Shown piece after piece: positions 18,419 through 29,109 of a stretch of DNA of 60,689 bases. Both the position numbers and the translations under genes were made by a program. Position 1 is the stretch's first letter. Every line of letters starts with the position of its first letter. The stretch covers positions 1 through 60,689 of the forward strand of contig JBJKRX010000083.1 of the NCBI GenBank assembly GCA_046704425.1, read 5' to 3'. The notes under the pieces were generated by a model. The model did no database searches. It saw only the letters and a program-made list of their open reading frames with translations, and was not told where the DNA came from. The stretch is from Nitrospirota bacterium (GTDB lineage Bacteria > Nitrospirota > UBA9217).

Positions 18419-19518
18419 GTCCGTTCCCCTCCTGCGACGGGGATGCGCTCGGGCGCATCCGCGCGCGTGCACGTTCGGATCGCGGCCAGCACGTCCTCGA
18501 CCGAGAGCACGGCCCCTCCCGGCCTGCCGTAGAACGAGACCGGCGCCCGGCCGTTCACGGCCAGGCGCACGTCCTCCACCATCTGGCCCAGGTTCATCTC
18601 GACCACGAGAAAGCGCTTTGTTCGGCCGGCCAGGTCCCGCAGGACCTTTTCGGGAAAAGGAAAGAGCGTGATCGGCCGAATGAGCCCGGCCTTGATCCCC
18701 TCGGCCCGCGCCAGGTTCACCGCGTTCTTGGCGATACGGGCCGACGTGCCGTAGGCAACCAGCACGATCTCGGCATCGTCCGTGAGGGATGCGTCGAACA
18801 TCACCTCGCGCTCGGCCATGCGGTCGTATTTGGCCTGGAGGAGATAATTCCGCTGTTCCAGCATGCCTTCCTCGCCCGGAGACATAAAGAGCGACCGGAT
18901 CACCTTGGCCGTCGCGCCCGGCTTTACGCCCGTGAGCGCCCAGGGCTTCTCGATGTGTTGCTGCACCGGCTCGGGCAATTCCACGGGCTCCATCATCTGG
19001 CCGAGCACGCCGTCGCCCAGGATCATGACCGGGTTGCGGTACTCGTCCGCCTTGTCGAAGGCCTTGATCGTGAGGTCCACGATCTCCTGGAGGTTCGCCG
19101 GCGCGTACACGAGCAGCCGGTAATCGCCGTGGCCGCCGCCCTTCACGGCCTGGAAGTAGTCCGCCTGGGAGGCCGCGATGTTGCCGAGCCCGGGCCCGCC
19201 GCGCTGCACGTTCACCACCACGGCCGGCAGCTCCGAGGCCGCCATGAACGACAGGGCCTCCTGCATGAGGCTGATGCCCGGACTGGACGAGGACGTCATT
19301 GCCCGCTCGCCCACCGCCGCAGCGCCGTAGACCATGTTGATGGACGCGATCTCGCTCTCGGCCTGGACAAAGGTGCCGCCCAGTTCCGGAAGCCGGCGCG
19401 CCATGAACTCGGGAATCTCGTTCTGCGGCGTAATGGGGTAGCCGAAGTAGCGACGGCACCCCGCCCGAACCGCAGCCTCGGCAAGGGCCTCGTTCCCGGT
19501 GATCAGGACTTTTGCCAT
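18415..19518 (-). CDS. vorB: 2-oxoacid:ferredoxin oxidoreductase alpha-type subunit (VorB-like)
   Basis: [49 protein letters not shown]. Confidence 0.9.
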   Translation of the reverse strand: MAKVLITGNEALAEAAVRAGCRRYFGYPITPQNEIPEFMARRLPELGGTFVQAESEIASINMVYGAAAVGERAMTSSSSPGISLMQEALSFMAASELPAVVVNVQRGGPGLGNIAASQADYFQAVKGGGHGDYRLLVYAPANLQEIVDLTIKAFDKADEYRNPVMILGDGVLGQMMEPVELPEPVQQHIEKPWALTGVKPGATAKVIRSLFMSPGEEGMLEQRNYLLQAKYDRMAEREVMFDASLTDDAEIVLVAYGTSARIAKNAVNLARAEGIKAGLIRPITLFPFPEKVLRDLAGRTKRFLVVEMNLGQMVEDVRLAVNGRAPVSFYGRPGGAVLSVEDVLAAIRTCTRADAPERIPVAGGERT

Positions 19519-19561
19519 TGCGTACAACCCCTCTTCCTTTCCTGCACACGAACAAACATGC

Positions 19562-19792
19562 TCACTTCCACACCTCGATCGCCGCGTCCGGACACATCTC
19601 GGCGCAGAGCCCGCAACCCGTGCAGTCTCCCTCGTCGCCGCAGAATTCCACGACATAGTATCCGCTGCGGTTGAATTCCTTGCTGATCCGCAGAAGCTTC
19701 TTGGCGCAGGCCGCGGTGCAGAGCTCGCAGCCCTTGCAGTATTCTATGGACAGCACGACCTTGCCCGTTGCTTTCTTCGTTTTCCCGGTCAT
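19562..19792 (-). CDS. 2x[4Fe-4S] ferredoxin (oxidoreductase delta subunit)
   Basis: CKGCELCTAAC and CTGCGLCAEMCPD; directly upstream of vorB. Confidence 0.9.
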   Translation of the reverse strand: MTGKTKKATGKVVLSIEYCKGCELCTAACAKKLLRISKEFNRSGYYVVEFCGDEGDCTGCGLCAEMCPDAAIEVWK

Positions 19793-21492
19793 CCCGACGT
19801 CCCCCGTCCGATCATCTCCTCGGCGTGTTGCAGGGTGGCCGCGGTAATGGTGCTGCCCCCGAGCATGCGCGCGATCTCGTCGACCCGCGTGCTGTCGTCG
19901 AGCAGCCGGACCTCGGTGCTGGTCCGGCCCGCTTTCACCGCCTTGGCCACCCCGTAATGGCTTTCGGCCATGCTCGCGATCTGCGCCAGGTGGGTGACGC
20001 AGAAGACCTGTCGTTTCGCGGCAAGGCGTTTGAGCCGCTTGCCCACCTCTTCCGCGATTGCGCCGCCGATGCCCGCATCCACCTCGTCGAAGACCAGCGT
20101 GGGGATGGCGTCGCCTTCCAGGAGCACGGTCTTGAGCGCCAGCATGATGCGCGACAGCTCGCCTCCCGACGCGGTCCGGGCGAGCGGCCGCGGCTCCTCG
20201 CCCGGGTTGGGCGCGATCAGGAACTCCACGCGGTCCGCGCCCGTGGGACCCGCGGCCCTCCCGTCGTCCGTATCGTCGCCCTGCTCCTGGCTGATCCGTA
20301 CGCTGAACTTCGTCTTCTGCATGCCGAGACGCGCGAGCTCCGCCTCGATCTTCTTTTCCAGGTCCCGCGCCGCCCGCGTGCGCTTCGCGGTGAGCTCCTG
20401 CGAGCTTTTAGTCAGGTCCGCGCGAAGCGACAGGATCTCCTGCCGCAGCCGTCCGATCTCCTCGGTGCTGCGGTCCATCTGCGCAAGCTCCGCGGACACC
20501 TTCCCGCCGAAGGCGGCGATCTCCTCGATCGTGGCGCCGTATTTCTTCTTGAGCTTCCGGATCAGGTCCAGCCGGTCGCCGAGTTCCTCGAGCCTGCCGG
20601 GATCGAACTCCACGCGCTCGGCATAACCCGAGACCTCGCGCGCCGCCTCGTCGAGCTGCGCCCGCGCCGATTCGCAGAGATCCAGAACCGGCGCGAGGCG
20701 GCCGTCGATGGCCGCGATCTCGCGGACCGCGGCGACCACCTTCCGGAGCCCTGCCAGGACCGAGGCATCCGAGGAGTAGAGCGCCTCATCCGCCGTGCGC
20801 GACAGGCCGGCAAGCTTCTCGGCATTGGCCAGGATGCCCTGTTCCTGCGCGAGGTCCGCGTCCTCACCCGGCTTCAGGGCAGCGGTCTCGATCTCGTTCT
20901 TCTGGAACCGCAAGAGGTCCTCGCGCTGGGCCCGGTCCCGTTCGCCCGCATCGAGTTCTGCCAGCTCCTGCCGCGTATCGCGCAGCCGGGAATAGGCCTG
21001 GGCGACCGCGGCGCGCAGGTCCGCGAGCCCGCCGAAGGCGTCGAGCAGATCGCGCTGGCGGTCGAGCGCCAGGAGCGACTGGTGCTCGTGCTGGCCGTGG
21101 ATGTCCGCGAGGGCGGTCCCGAGATTGGCAAGCGTCGCAAGGGTGGCCAGGCTGCCGTTCAGGTAGACCTTGTTCTTGCCTGCGGAGGACAGGACCCGCC
21201 GCACGATCAGGTCTTCGCCGTCCTCAAGCGCGATCCCCTGCTCGGCAAGCGTCGCAACGACCCGCTCCGTACCCGTGCCGTTCAAGGAGAACCGGGCCTC
21301 TACCACCGCCTCCGTGCAGCCGGTGCGGATCAGGTCCGCGCTGGCCCGTTCGCCGAGCGCAAGGTTCAGCGCGTCCACCACGATGGACTTGCCCGCGCCG
21401 GTCTCGCCCGTGAACACGTTCAGTCCCGGCCCGAACTCCACCTGGAGCCGGTCGATGATCGCGAAGTTGGTGATATGCAGTTCTTTCAGCAT
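19789..21492 (-). CDS. recN: DNA repair protein RecN
   Basis: TGETGAGKS, IHGQHEH, ASGGELSR, FDEVDAGIGG, VTHLAQIA. Confidence 0.97.
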   Translation of the reverse strand: MLKELHITNFAIIDRLQVEFGPGLNVFTGETGAGKSIVVDALNLALGERASADLIRTGCTEAVVEARFSLNGTGTERVVATLAEQGIALEDGEDLIVRRVLSSAGKNKVYLNGSLATLATLANLGTALADIHGQHEHQSLLALDRQRDLLDAFGGLADLRAAVAQAYSRLRDTRQELAELDAGERDRAQREDLLRFQKNEIETAALKPGEDADLAQEQGILANAEKLAGLSRTADEALYSSDASVLAGLRKVVAAVREIAAIDGRLAPVLDLCESARAQLDEAAREVSGYAERVEFDPGRLEELGDRLDLIRKLKKKYGATIEEIAAFGGKVSAELAQMDRSTEEIGRLRQEILSLRADLTKSSQELTAKRTRAARDLEKKIEAELARLGMQKTKFSVRISQEQGDDTDDGRAAGPTGADRVEFLIAPNPGEEPRPLARTASGGELSRIMLALKTVLLEGDAIPTLVFDEVDAGIGGAIAEEVGKRLKRLAAKRQVFCVTHLAQIASMAESHYGVAKAVKAGRTSTEVRLLDDSTRVDEIARMLGGSTITAATLQHAEEMIGRGTSG

Positions 21493-21525
21493 AAGGGCGA
21501 CCGCGTAACCAGCCGCTCGAACTTT

Positions 21526-22104
21526 TTACGGCCTTTGGCCGGATGCTGCGTTGCCGATCTCGTGCGCCCGCTTCAGCGCGAACCGCTCCTTCGAATCCTT
21601 GCCCGCGCCGCCCGCCTTGCGGTAGCAGTCCGCCGCATTGGCCCGGTCGCCCAAACGTTCATAGGACCGGCCTGCCCAGTAGTAGGCCGTGCCGACCCAG
21701 GCCCCCGCCTGCGGATAGAGTGTCGGGATGTTCAGGAATGCCGAGGCAGCGAGCCTGTTCTCTCCCAGCATGAAGTGGCAGAACCCGATCCAGAACTGCG
21801 TGGTCGGACGTTCCACGATCCGCTGCCGCGGCAAGGCCCGGTTGTAAGCGTCGAGGGCGCCCCGGTAATCGGCGAGCTGGAAGAGGCAATCCCCGATCCG
21901 GCCGTACAGGGCGCCGGGCGGGATCCGGTCTTGCTGGCTGGCGAGCAGGGAGCGATAGCGGTGAAGGGCGTTCTGATACTGCTGCCGGCCGTAGAGCAGG
22001 TTCGCCTCGTGATAGCGCTGGAACGCGTTTTCCGCACCGTAAGCGTTCGTTTGCGCAACGATCAGAAGCAGCACGACCAGGGACATCAGGAACCGGGAAC
22101 GCAT
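21526..22104 (-). CDS. Secreted tetratricopeptide repeat protein
   Basis: Signal peptide followed by TPR-like helices; exact start uncertain. Confidence 0.75.
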   Translation of the reverse strand: MRSRFLMSLVVLLLIVAQTNAYGAENAFQRYHEANLLYGRQQYQNALHRYRSLLASQQDRIPPGALYGRIGDCLFQLADYRGALDAYNRALPRQRIVERPTTQFWIGFCHFMLGENRLAASAFLNIPTLYPQAGAWVGTAYYWAGRSYERLGDRANAADCYRKAGGAGKDSKERFALKRAHEIGNAASGQRP

Positions 22105-22268
22105 AAGGGACCTCCTGATGAGACCCGACAATCGTAACATAAAGGACCTGCCTAATTCAAGGACAAAACCGGCGCCGGACCGGTCCCTGCAGCAGTACCG
22201 GCTGCCCTGCGTTCATCTCCCTTCGCCAAACGCGTTGATTTCCCGGAGATCGAATGCTATATTCTCCC

Positions 22269-23039
22269 ATGGAGAAGCCCCGCGCCGCACACGATATGCT
22301 GGTCTCCCTCAACGGCATGGAGATGTACTGCGCGATCCACGGAGAGGGGAAGCCGATCGTGCTGCTCCATGGGTATACGGGCTCCGGCGCGGACTGGGAC
22401 CTGATCTTCAAGGCGCCTCCGCGCGGCTATTGCTGGATCGTCCCGGACCTGCGCGGCCACGGCCGCTCCACCAACCCGTCCGGCCGATTCACCCACCGGC
22501 AAGCGGCAGCGGATGTGATCGCCCTGCTCGACCATCTGGGGGTCGAACGCTGCAAGGCTATCGGCATGAGCACGGGCGCCAAGACGCTCCTGCACGTGGC
22601 TACGGCGGAGCCGGAGCGGGTTTCCGCCATGGTCCTGGTGAGCGGGGCCCCCTATTTTCCTCCCTCGGCCCGGGAGTTCATGGCCTCATTCGATGTCGAT
22701 CGTCTGACCGAGCGGGAATGGAAGCTCCTGCGGCAGCGGCATGTGCACGGCGACGACCAGATCCGGGCGCTCTATCGTCAGGGGAGGGACTTCGCGGACA
22801 ACGAAGACGACATGCACTTTACGCCGCAGGAGCTCGGCGGGATCACCGCGGCGACGCTGATCGTGCACGGCGACCGCGATCCCATTTACCCGATCGCCAT
22901 CCCGCTCGCGCTCTACCGCGCCATCCCCCGGGCGTCCTTGTGGATCGTCCCGGACAGCGGCCATGTTCCCATCTTCGGAGAACATGCCGCCTATTTTGCA
23001 AGACAGGCGATCGCGTTCCTGCGCAGGGAACCAGGATGA
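22269..23039 (+). CDS. Alpha/beta fold hydrolase
   Basis: LLHG, PDLRGHGRS, GMSTG nucleophile elbow, HGDRD, SGH. Confidence 0.9.
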   Translation: MEKPRAAHDMLVSLNGMEMYCAIHGEGKPIVLLHGYTGSGADWDLIFKAPPRGYCWIVPDLRGHGRSTNPSGRFTHRQAAADVIALLDHLGVERCKAIGMSTGAKTLLHVATAEPERVSAMVLVSGAPYFPPSAREFMASFDVDRLTEREWKLLRQRHVHGDDQIRALYRQGRDFADNEDDMHFTPQELGGITAATLIVHGDRDPIYPIAIPLALYRAIPRASLWIVPDSGHVPIFGEHAAYFARQAIAFLRREPG

Positions 23040-23680
23040 AGATGGCGTATCGGAGCACGCGGAAAGAAGAAGCGCCGGCCCGCAAAGAAACGGTCCTCCG
23101 GAGAACGCGGACATCCCGGGAGAAAAGGCGCGGCAGGAAGACGTACGTTGCGCTCTTCCGGGGCGTCAACATCGGCGGGAACCATCCGTTGCCCATGAAG
23201 GAATTACGGACGATCCTGGAAACGCTCGGTGCGGAGAACGTAACGACCTATGTCCAGAGCGGGAACGCGGTCTTCCGGCATGGAGCGGCGGCGAAGGAAC
23301 TCGAGCACGCGATCAGCGCCGCGGTGCTGAAGGCCCGCGGGTTCAAGCCGCGGGTGCTCGTAGGGGACCGGGCGGCCCTGGAACGGGCGATCGCAGCGAA
23401 TCCCTTTCCGGAAGCGGAGCAGGCCCCGAAGAGCCTGCACGTCTTCTTTCTGGAACAGGTGCCGATAAAACCCGACCTCGCCGCGCTGGACCGCATCCGG
23501 AACGCTTCGGAGCGATTCCTCCTCAAGCGCGATCTCTTCTATCTCCACGCGCCGGACGGCGTGGGGAGATCGAAGCTGGTCGCGCAGGTCGAAAAGGCGC
23601 TCGGCACAGCCGCGACCGGCAGGAACTGGCGCACTGTCCTCGCACTCCGGGACCTGGCGCAACAAGGAGACGCCCCATGA
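23036..23680 (+). CDS. DUF1697 family protein
   Basis: YVALFRGVNIGG, TYVQSGNAVF, ANPF, TGRNWRTV; ATGA overlap with the upstream gene. Confidence 0.85.
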   Translation: MKMAYRSTRKEEAPARKETVLRRTRTSREKRRGRKTYVALFRGVNIGGNHPLPMKELRTILETLGAENVTTYVQSGNAVFRHGAAAKELEHAISAAVLKARGFKPRVLVGDRAALERAIAANPFPEAEQAPKSLHVFFLEQVPIKPDLAALDRIRNASERFLLKRDLFYLHAPDGVGRSKLVAQVEKALGTAATGRNWRTVLALRDLAQQGDAP

Positions 23681-24153
23681 ACACCTTCCTCGCGCTGCTC
23701 TATCTGCTCGCCCTCTCCCTCTGGGTCGGTGGTATGGCGATCTTCACCTTCGTGGTGACGCCGGCCATCTTCCGGTCCTTTCCCCGCGATCGTGCGGGCG
23801 AGATCGTGGGAAAGCTCTTTCCCGGCTACTTCGTCTGGCCCCTCGCGCTCTCCGCCCTCGCCATGGTTCTCGTCTTCCTGCTCCCGGCGGACAAGTCCTC
23901 CGCGGTCTTTCAGTGGTCGCTTGCGCTTGTCTTCGCCGCCCTGCTCCTGAACGCCTCGGTAAATATCAACTTCTACCCCAAGACCGTCCGGATCAAACAG
24001 CAGGTGACGTCCTTTGAAACGGAGCCGCCCGATTCTCCTGCGCGCAAGGAGTTCCGCCGCCTTCACGCGATCAGCACGATCATCAACCTCCTGGTGCTCG
24101 CCTGCGGCGCGGCGCTGCTCGTCCTCAGCAGGTACCTCCTCGGGAATTGCTGA
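23677..24153 (+). CDS. DUF4149 (TMEM205-like) membrane protein
   Basis: LWVGG...PAIF...AGEIVGKLFP...FRRLH; four TM helices; ATGA overlap. Confidence 0.85.
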   Translation: MNTFLALLYLLALSLWVGGMAIFTFVVTPAIFRSFPRDRAGEIVGKLFPGYFVWPLALSALAMVLVFLLPADKSSAVFQWSLALVFAALLLNASVNINFYPKTVRIKQQVTSFETEPPDSPARKEFRRLHAISTIINLLVLACGAALLVLSRYLLGNC

Positions 24154-24159
24154 TGCCCC

Positions 24160-25095
24160 CTACGGCCGCCGCGCCCGAACGATGATCACCGGGATCTGCG
24201 CATGGAGGATCGTCTCGCGGGCGGTGCTCCCGAAATAGGCGCTCAGCATGCGGTTCCTGCCGCGCGTGCCCATGACGACGAAGGAATAGCCCTTGCCCGC
24301 CTCCTCGGGGACCAAGGAGGCCGAAGGAGCCGTCGATTCGTCCAGGCGATATTCGCAGGGGATGCCGTGTCTGCGGAAATGGGCCGCCTTCTTCCGCAGC
24401 GACTTGCGGGCGTCTTTTCCGATCCGCGCGGTCAGGGTATCCAGATCGGGCAGGGCCGTCCCGGGAAACAGGCCGGCCCCGATCAGGCCCCGGACGCTTT
24501 CTCCCGTCGAGTGATACAGGCAGACGCGGGCGGGAGTGCGCTTAGCCAGGGAAAGCGCGTACCGTTCCGCCGCGCTGCTGTCGTCGCCGAGGTCGGTGGC
24601 GACGAGGATACGCAGGTGCTGCCGATCCGCGGCGAGGAACCAGGCCCGCTTCTGGCACTCCGGGCCGATCACCATGACGGGTTTGCGGGAACGCCGGATC
24701 ACCTCTTCGGCGACACCGCCGAGGAACAGCCGTCGGAGCCCTCTGCGCCCGCCCGTGCCGAGGATGGCCAGTTCCGGCGACCGCCGCGCCCCAAGCGTAT
24801 TCAGGATCTCCTCTACGGGAGAGCCGCGGCGCAACGAACAGTGTATCGGCCCCGCGAACTGGCTCGCGGCCTCTTCCAGCATTTTTCGATGACGGTTTTG
24901 CCAGGCCCGTATGGCGGCAGCGTCGATCCGGCCGAAGGCCGCCTTTATCATATCTTCCACGGCAAAGAGACGGATCTCGACCTGCATCCGCTCCGCAAAG
25001 GCCGAGGCGGCCATCCGGAGGGCCAGGAAGCGTTGTTTCCCGGCCTCCGTCCGGTCCTCGATATCGTGGGCGATCAAAATATGCCGTCGCAACAT
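24160..25095 (-). CDS. Tandem universal stress protein
   Basis: Two Usp motifs: LGTGGRRGL...LGGVAEEV and MGTRGR...FGSTARETI. Confidence 0.85.
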   Translation of the reverse strand: MLRRHILIAHDIEDRTEAGKQRFLALRMAASAFAERMQVEIRLFAVEDMIKAAFGRIDAAAIRAWQNRHRKMLEEAASQFAGPIHCSLRRGSPVEEILNTLGARRSPELAILGTGGRRGLRRLFLGGVAEEVIRRSRKPVMVIGPECQKRAWFLAADRQHLRILVATDLGDDSSAAERYALSLAKRTPARVCLYHSTGESVRGLIGAGLFPGTALPDLDTLTARIGKDARKSLRKKAAHFRRHGIPCEYRLDESTAPSASLVPEEAGKGYSFVVMGTRGRNRMLSAYFGSTARETILHAQIPVIIVRARRP

Positions 25096-25148
25096 GGCAT
25101 GATCCCATACGGGGAATGGTTCGGCAACGGCCCCGCCCGCGCAGTGCG

Positions 25149-27860
25149 TCACCGCCTGATGCCGATGCGCTCCAAGGGGAACCGTACGTTCACCACGGTC
25201 CCCGTGTCCGGCACCCCGGTTATGGCAAGCGACCCGCCGCAGTTATTCACCCGCTCCCGCATCCCGATCAGCCCGAGCGACTTGGGGTCCGCTTTTTCCG
25301 CGTCGGTGATCCCCCTGCCGTTGTCCTGGACGCGCAGCACCAGCGAATCGGCCTCGATCTGCAGCAGGACGCTGACCTCCGTCGCGTCCGCGTGACGCGC
25401 GACATTCGTCAGGGTTTCCTGGAAGATCCGGAACACCTCGGTCGTATGATACCGATCGAGCGCGATCTCGGCCGGGGCAAAGACGATATCGCAGGGGATG
25501 TCGCTCCGCTTCTCGAACTCCTGCGCCTGCCATTCCATTGCGGCGGTAAGCCCGAGATGGTCCAGGATCCCCGGACGCAATTCGGTGGAGATCCGTTTCA
25601 CGCTGTCGATCGTGGCCACGATGATCCGCGCCATCGAATCGGCCTTTTCCGTCAGCGCCCGGCTTTCGGCCGGCAGCCTCCGCTGGATGAACGAGAGGTC
25701 CATTTTCAGCGCCGTCAACGACTGCCCCAGGTCGTCGTGGATCTCGCGCGCGATCACCGCCCGGTCGTTCTCCCGCACCTGCTGCAGATGGACGGACAGG
25801 CCGCGCAGTTGCTCGTTGAGCATCGTCAATTCGGCGGTGCGTTTTTTCACCAGCAGCTCCAGCTCTTCATTCGACCTGCGGAGCACTTCTTCCGCCTGCT
25901 TCCGCACCGTCACGTCGCGGGAGAGCTCGATCCCCCCGATGATCGTCCCCGTCGCATCCCGCACAGGCGACGACGTCAGCTCATAATAGGTCGGCGCGCC
26001 GCCCTCCGTCCTCGTCAGTTCGCATTTGTGCATCTTTCCGTCGGCGAGGGCTTGCGGAAAGGCGCAATCGTCGCAGACGGAGTCCCGGTCATGGTACACC
26101 CGATAGCAATATTCCCCGAGACGATGCCCGTACCGGGCGCTGCTGATCTGATTCTGAAAGATGATCCGGTACTCCGCGTCGTGCACCGTCAGGGAGTCTC
26201 CGATGGCGGAAAGAAACGCCTCGGTCTTGACCTTTTCCTCCTGCGCGCTGCGCATCGCCTCCCGGAGCGTGATCTCGGCCTGTTTCCGCTCGGTAATATC
26301 GCGGACCACGCTGCAGATGACCTGCTGCCCGTTCAACTCGATCGCGCGGGCGTTGATCTCCACCGGCAGGATCGACCCATCCTTCTTGATCTGCGCGGCT
26401 TCGAGCGCCAGGCTGCCGTCGTGGACGATGCGTTCCATCCGCTCGGGGAGGAGGGTCGCATAGTCAGGCTCCACCAGTTTCGCCAGCGGCATGTCCAGCA
26501 ACTCCTCCTTGGTATAGCCGAGCCGCGTGTAGGCGGCCGTGTTCGCGTCGAGGATCCGGCCCTTCCGGGGGTCCACGATGTACAAACCGTCGTTCGCCGA
26601 TTCAAAGAACGAACGGAACTTATTTTCGCTCTCCCGCAACCGTCGTTCCATCCGCCTGCTTTCGGTGATGTCCCGCCAGATGGTATGGAAATAGATTCCC
26701 GCAGAGAGCCTGATGGCCTGCGTAATGACGTGGTGGTCCTTGATCTCGCCGGTCTTCGTGCGATGCTTGACCTCGAACTCCGCCTTCCCTTCCCGCATGA
26801 GCTGATCGATCCGCGCCCCGATATCGTCGGTGCCCTCGACGGGATCGATGTCCTGCCGCCGGAGGCGCGAGAACTCCTCCCGGGTGTAGCCGAGCTGGAC
26901 ATGGGTCTTTTCGTTGAAATCGACGATGGTCCCGGCTGCGTCCAGGAGGAGCACCGCGTCGGGAGATTGGTTGAACAGGGTATGATAGCGCGCTTCGCTC
27001 TCCACGATCTTTTTCTCCATGCGCTTCCGTTCCTCGATCTCGCCGGCCAGCACGGCGGTCCGCTCCGCCACTTGCCGCTCCAGAGACTTGTTGAGCATCC
27101 GCAGTTCGTTGTCGGTGCGGATAAAGAGGACGAACAGATAGAGCAGGACGATGCAGAAAACGAAAAGGCGCTGGAGATGCCACAGCCACCAACTGACAGA
27201 CCACATGGCCGAGGAGAAGAACGCCAGGTCGGCAAAGCCGAGCAGCAGGAACAGACCGGCAAGGAGATAGGATTCCGCATTGCCGGTCCGCTGAAAATCG
27301 AGCAGGAAATAGGCGGCGGCGGCCAGATACAACAGTCCCGCGACGATGTTGACGGCCGCTGCCGTCGCCGCAACGTGCCCGCCGGGGATCGCCAGCATCG
27401 TCGGGACGGACGCACGGAAGAGGATGATGGCGCCCCCCAGGAGCGCGGATCCCCCGCCGACGCCCCAGAGGATTCCTCGCCGATGCGCGCGGGTCCCCGG
27501 CACCAGGGACAGCCACGAGAGGGCAAAGCAGAGACCGCCGATGACGTTGGCGGCGCCGTACAGCAGCACATACCCGCGGCCGGGCGGGGTGATCGCATGC
27601 AGAAACGACAGGATCCCCAGCCCGAGGAAACCGGCGGCCAGAAACTCGGCGCTGCCCCACTTGTCCTCTTCCCGGTGCAGGAGCATGGCGGACATCATGA
27701 GCGCGGCGATCGCGCCGGTGACTTCCATCGCAGTATGCAGGGGATGGTTGACCAGGAAAAGGCGGCGGCCGGCAGCGTGCGCCCAGACGTCCAGGAAGAG
27801 AAATCCCGCCGCCATGCAGAACAAGGCCAGGTAAAGCGTTCGCTTTTGCACGGGGATCAT
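25149..27860 (-). CDS. Membrane multi-PAS sensor histidine kinase, NarX/UhpB (HisKA_3) class
   Basis: Multi-TM N-terminus, PAS repeats, IAREIHDDLGQ H-box, ETLTNVARHA, DNGRG, LGLIGMRER. Confidence 0.9.
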   Translation of the reverse strand: MIPVQKRTLYLALFCMAAGFLFLDVWAHAAGRRLFLVNHPLHTAMEVTGAIAALMMSAMLLHREEDKWGSAEFLAAGFLGLGILSFLHAITPPGRGYVLLYGAANVIGGLCFALSWLSLVPGTRAHRRGILWGVGGGSALLGGAIILFRASVPTMLAIPGGHVAATAAAVNIVAGLLYLAAAAYFLLDFQRTGNAESYLLAGLFLLLGFADLAFFSSAMWSVSWWLWHLQRLFVFCIVLLYLFVLFIRTDNELRMLNKSLERQVAERTAVLAGEIEERKRMEKKIVESEARYHTLFNQSPDAVLLLDAAGTIVDFNEKTHVQLGYTREEFSRLRRQDIDPVEGTDDIGARIDQLMREGKAEFEVKHRTKTGEIKDHHVITQAIRLSAGIYFHTIWRDITESRRMERRLRESENKFRSFFESANDGLYIVDPRKGRILDANTAAYTRLGYTKEELLDMPLAKLVEPDYATLLPERMERIVHDGSLALEAAQIKKDGSILPVEINARAIELNGQQVICSVVRDITERKQAEITLREAMRSAQEEKVKTEAFLSAIGDSLTVHDAEYRIIFQNQISSARYGHRLGEYCYRVYHDRDSVCDDCAFPQALADGKMHKCELTRTEGGAPTYYELTSSPVRDATGTIIGGIELSRDVTVRKQAEEVLRRSNEELELLVKKRTAELTMLNEQLRGLSVHLQQVRENDRAVIAREIHDDLGQSLTALKMDLSFIQRRLPAESRALTEKADSMARIIVATIDSVKRISTELRPGILDHLGLTAAMEWQAQEFEKRSDIPCDIVFAPAEIALDRYHTTEVFRIFQETLTNVARHADATEVSVLLQIEADSLVLRVQDNGRGITDAEKADPKSLGLIGMRERVNNCGGSLAITGVPDTGTVVNVRFPLERIGIRR

Positions 27861-28136
27861 TCCTCCGCCCCCCTTTCGCGGGCGTCGCGCCTGCACCCTG
27901 CGTACGGCAGGGGACATTGTAACCCTTTCAGAAAGGGCGCGCAATTTCTCCGGCGTGTGCGTACCGACGAGCGGCGCCCCTGGCGGGAGCGCGTCCGGGC
28001 AGAGGAAAGCGATGAGAACGGTTGATCGTGCGGTGCGGGACGGCCTGTCGGGCCCGGGAGAAGGATTCTTGCGAAGGCACAGGGGGACCTGCCAAGAAGG
28101 CGCTCCGTGTTGCCGCCTTGTTCCGCTTCCGGACGG

Positions 28137-28592
28137 CTATGCGGCGCCGACGATCTTTTCGTACTCGGCGACCACGGTATTCTCCTGGTTCCTGATCTCG
28201 CCGGAGAAGATATAGAAATTGGCCCGCTTCCGGACGAGCTTTACCTCGGCAATCAGCGTGTCGCCCGCGCCTGCGGCATTTTTGTAGCGCACGACCTTCT
28301 GGACCACATGAGGATTTTTTTCCAGATCCTGGCCCGTGGCGGGGATGAGCGCTGCGGCGACCAGACAGACGAACTCGTCCTGGGCGTAGCCGGGATAGGT
28401 GGGGACGCCGGGGAAATGCCCTTCCAGGTCGCGGTCGTCCGCATCGATCGCCTTTACGCCCAGCATCCGGTTGGGCTGCTGTTCGCTGAAGAACACGCCG
28501 TCGATCTTGCGCAGCGCCGCTCCGCGATGCGGCAGGATCGTTTCCAGGCCTTTTCTGTTCAGGCACAGAAAGGGAGCGTTCCGGGGCGTCAT
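28137..28592 (-). CDS. FabZ/FabA-like hotdog-fold 3-hydroxyacyl-ACP dehydratase
   Basis: ILPHR...IDG...GHFPGVPTYPG...DE motif. Confidence 0.8.
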   Translation of the reverse strand: MTPRNAPFLCLNRKGLETILPHRGAALRKIDGVFFSEQQPNRMLGVKAIDADDRDLEGHFPGVPTYPGYAQDEFVCLVAAALIPATGQDLEKNPHVVQKVVRYKNAAGAGDTLIAEVKLVRKRANFYIFSGEIRNQENTVVAEYEKIVGAA

Positions 28593-28692
28593 AGAAAACC
28601 TCCGTATGCGGTTCTCTTGTATACGAATAGCCCGTCAAGCGTACGGGAGAAGGGGGTCGCGAGATCCGGCGGCTGCTCCGCCGCTGGCCCGA

Positions 28693-29109
28693 TTATACGC
28701 TCATCGGGAGTGCGGCGTCGGAGAGAAAGGGCCCCACGGCCGCATGCAGCTCCGACGACGTATAGGGTTTCCAGATGTTCCCCTGCGCGAATGCGAGGAC
28801 CTCGTCCACGGCAGGTTCCGCGCCCTTGCCGCTCAGCGTAATGACCGGGACGTTGGGGGCGGCTACCGCCTGCTCTTTGACCTGTTTGATAAACTCGATC
28901 GCGCGCAGCGCGGGCAAGTTCATGTCGACGAGCACAAGCACGATCCCGGAAGTGTCGGCGAGTCGGGCCAGCCCCTCGTCTGCGTCCCGGGCCGTCAGGA
29001 TCTCGCATTTGTACCGTTGCAGCAATATCTTGAAGACCTGCTGCCGTTGGGGCGAATTGTCTATGACCAGAACCTTCTTCGGCTCCTGTCGTGCGCGTTG
29101 CCGCTCCAT
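28693..29109 (-). CDS. Single-domain response regulator
   Basis: VLVIDN, LVDMNLP, VITLS, KP receiver motifs. Confidence 0.75.
   Translation of the reverse strand: MERQRARQEPKKVLVIDNSPQRQQVFKILLQRYKCEILTARDADEGLARLADTSGIVLVLVDMNLPALRAIEFIKQVKEQAVAAPNVPVITLSGKGAEPAVDEVLAFAQGNIWKPYTSSELHAAVGPFLSDAALPMSV

Noticed and set aside
17486-19555. Apparent long fusions in the ORF track (689 aa CysK, 916 aa QmoB, 763 aa amidohydrolase, 520 aa DUF1697, 540 aa peroxidase)
   Set aside because: The N-terminal extensions are mostly off-frame read-through of neighbouring sequence; internal starts with RBS or stop/start overlap give normal lengths.
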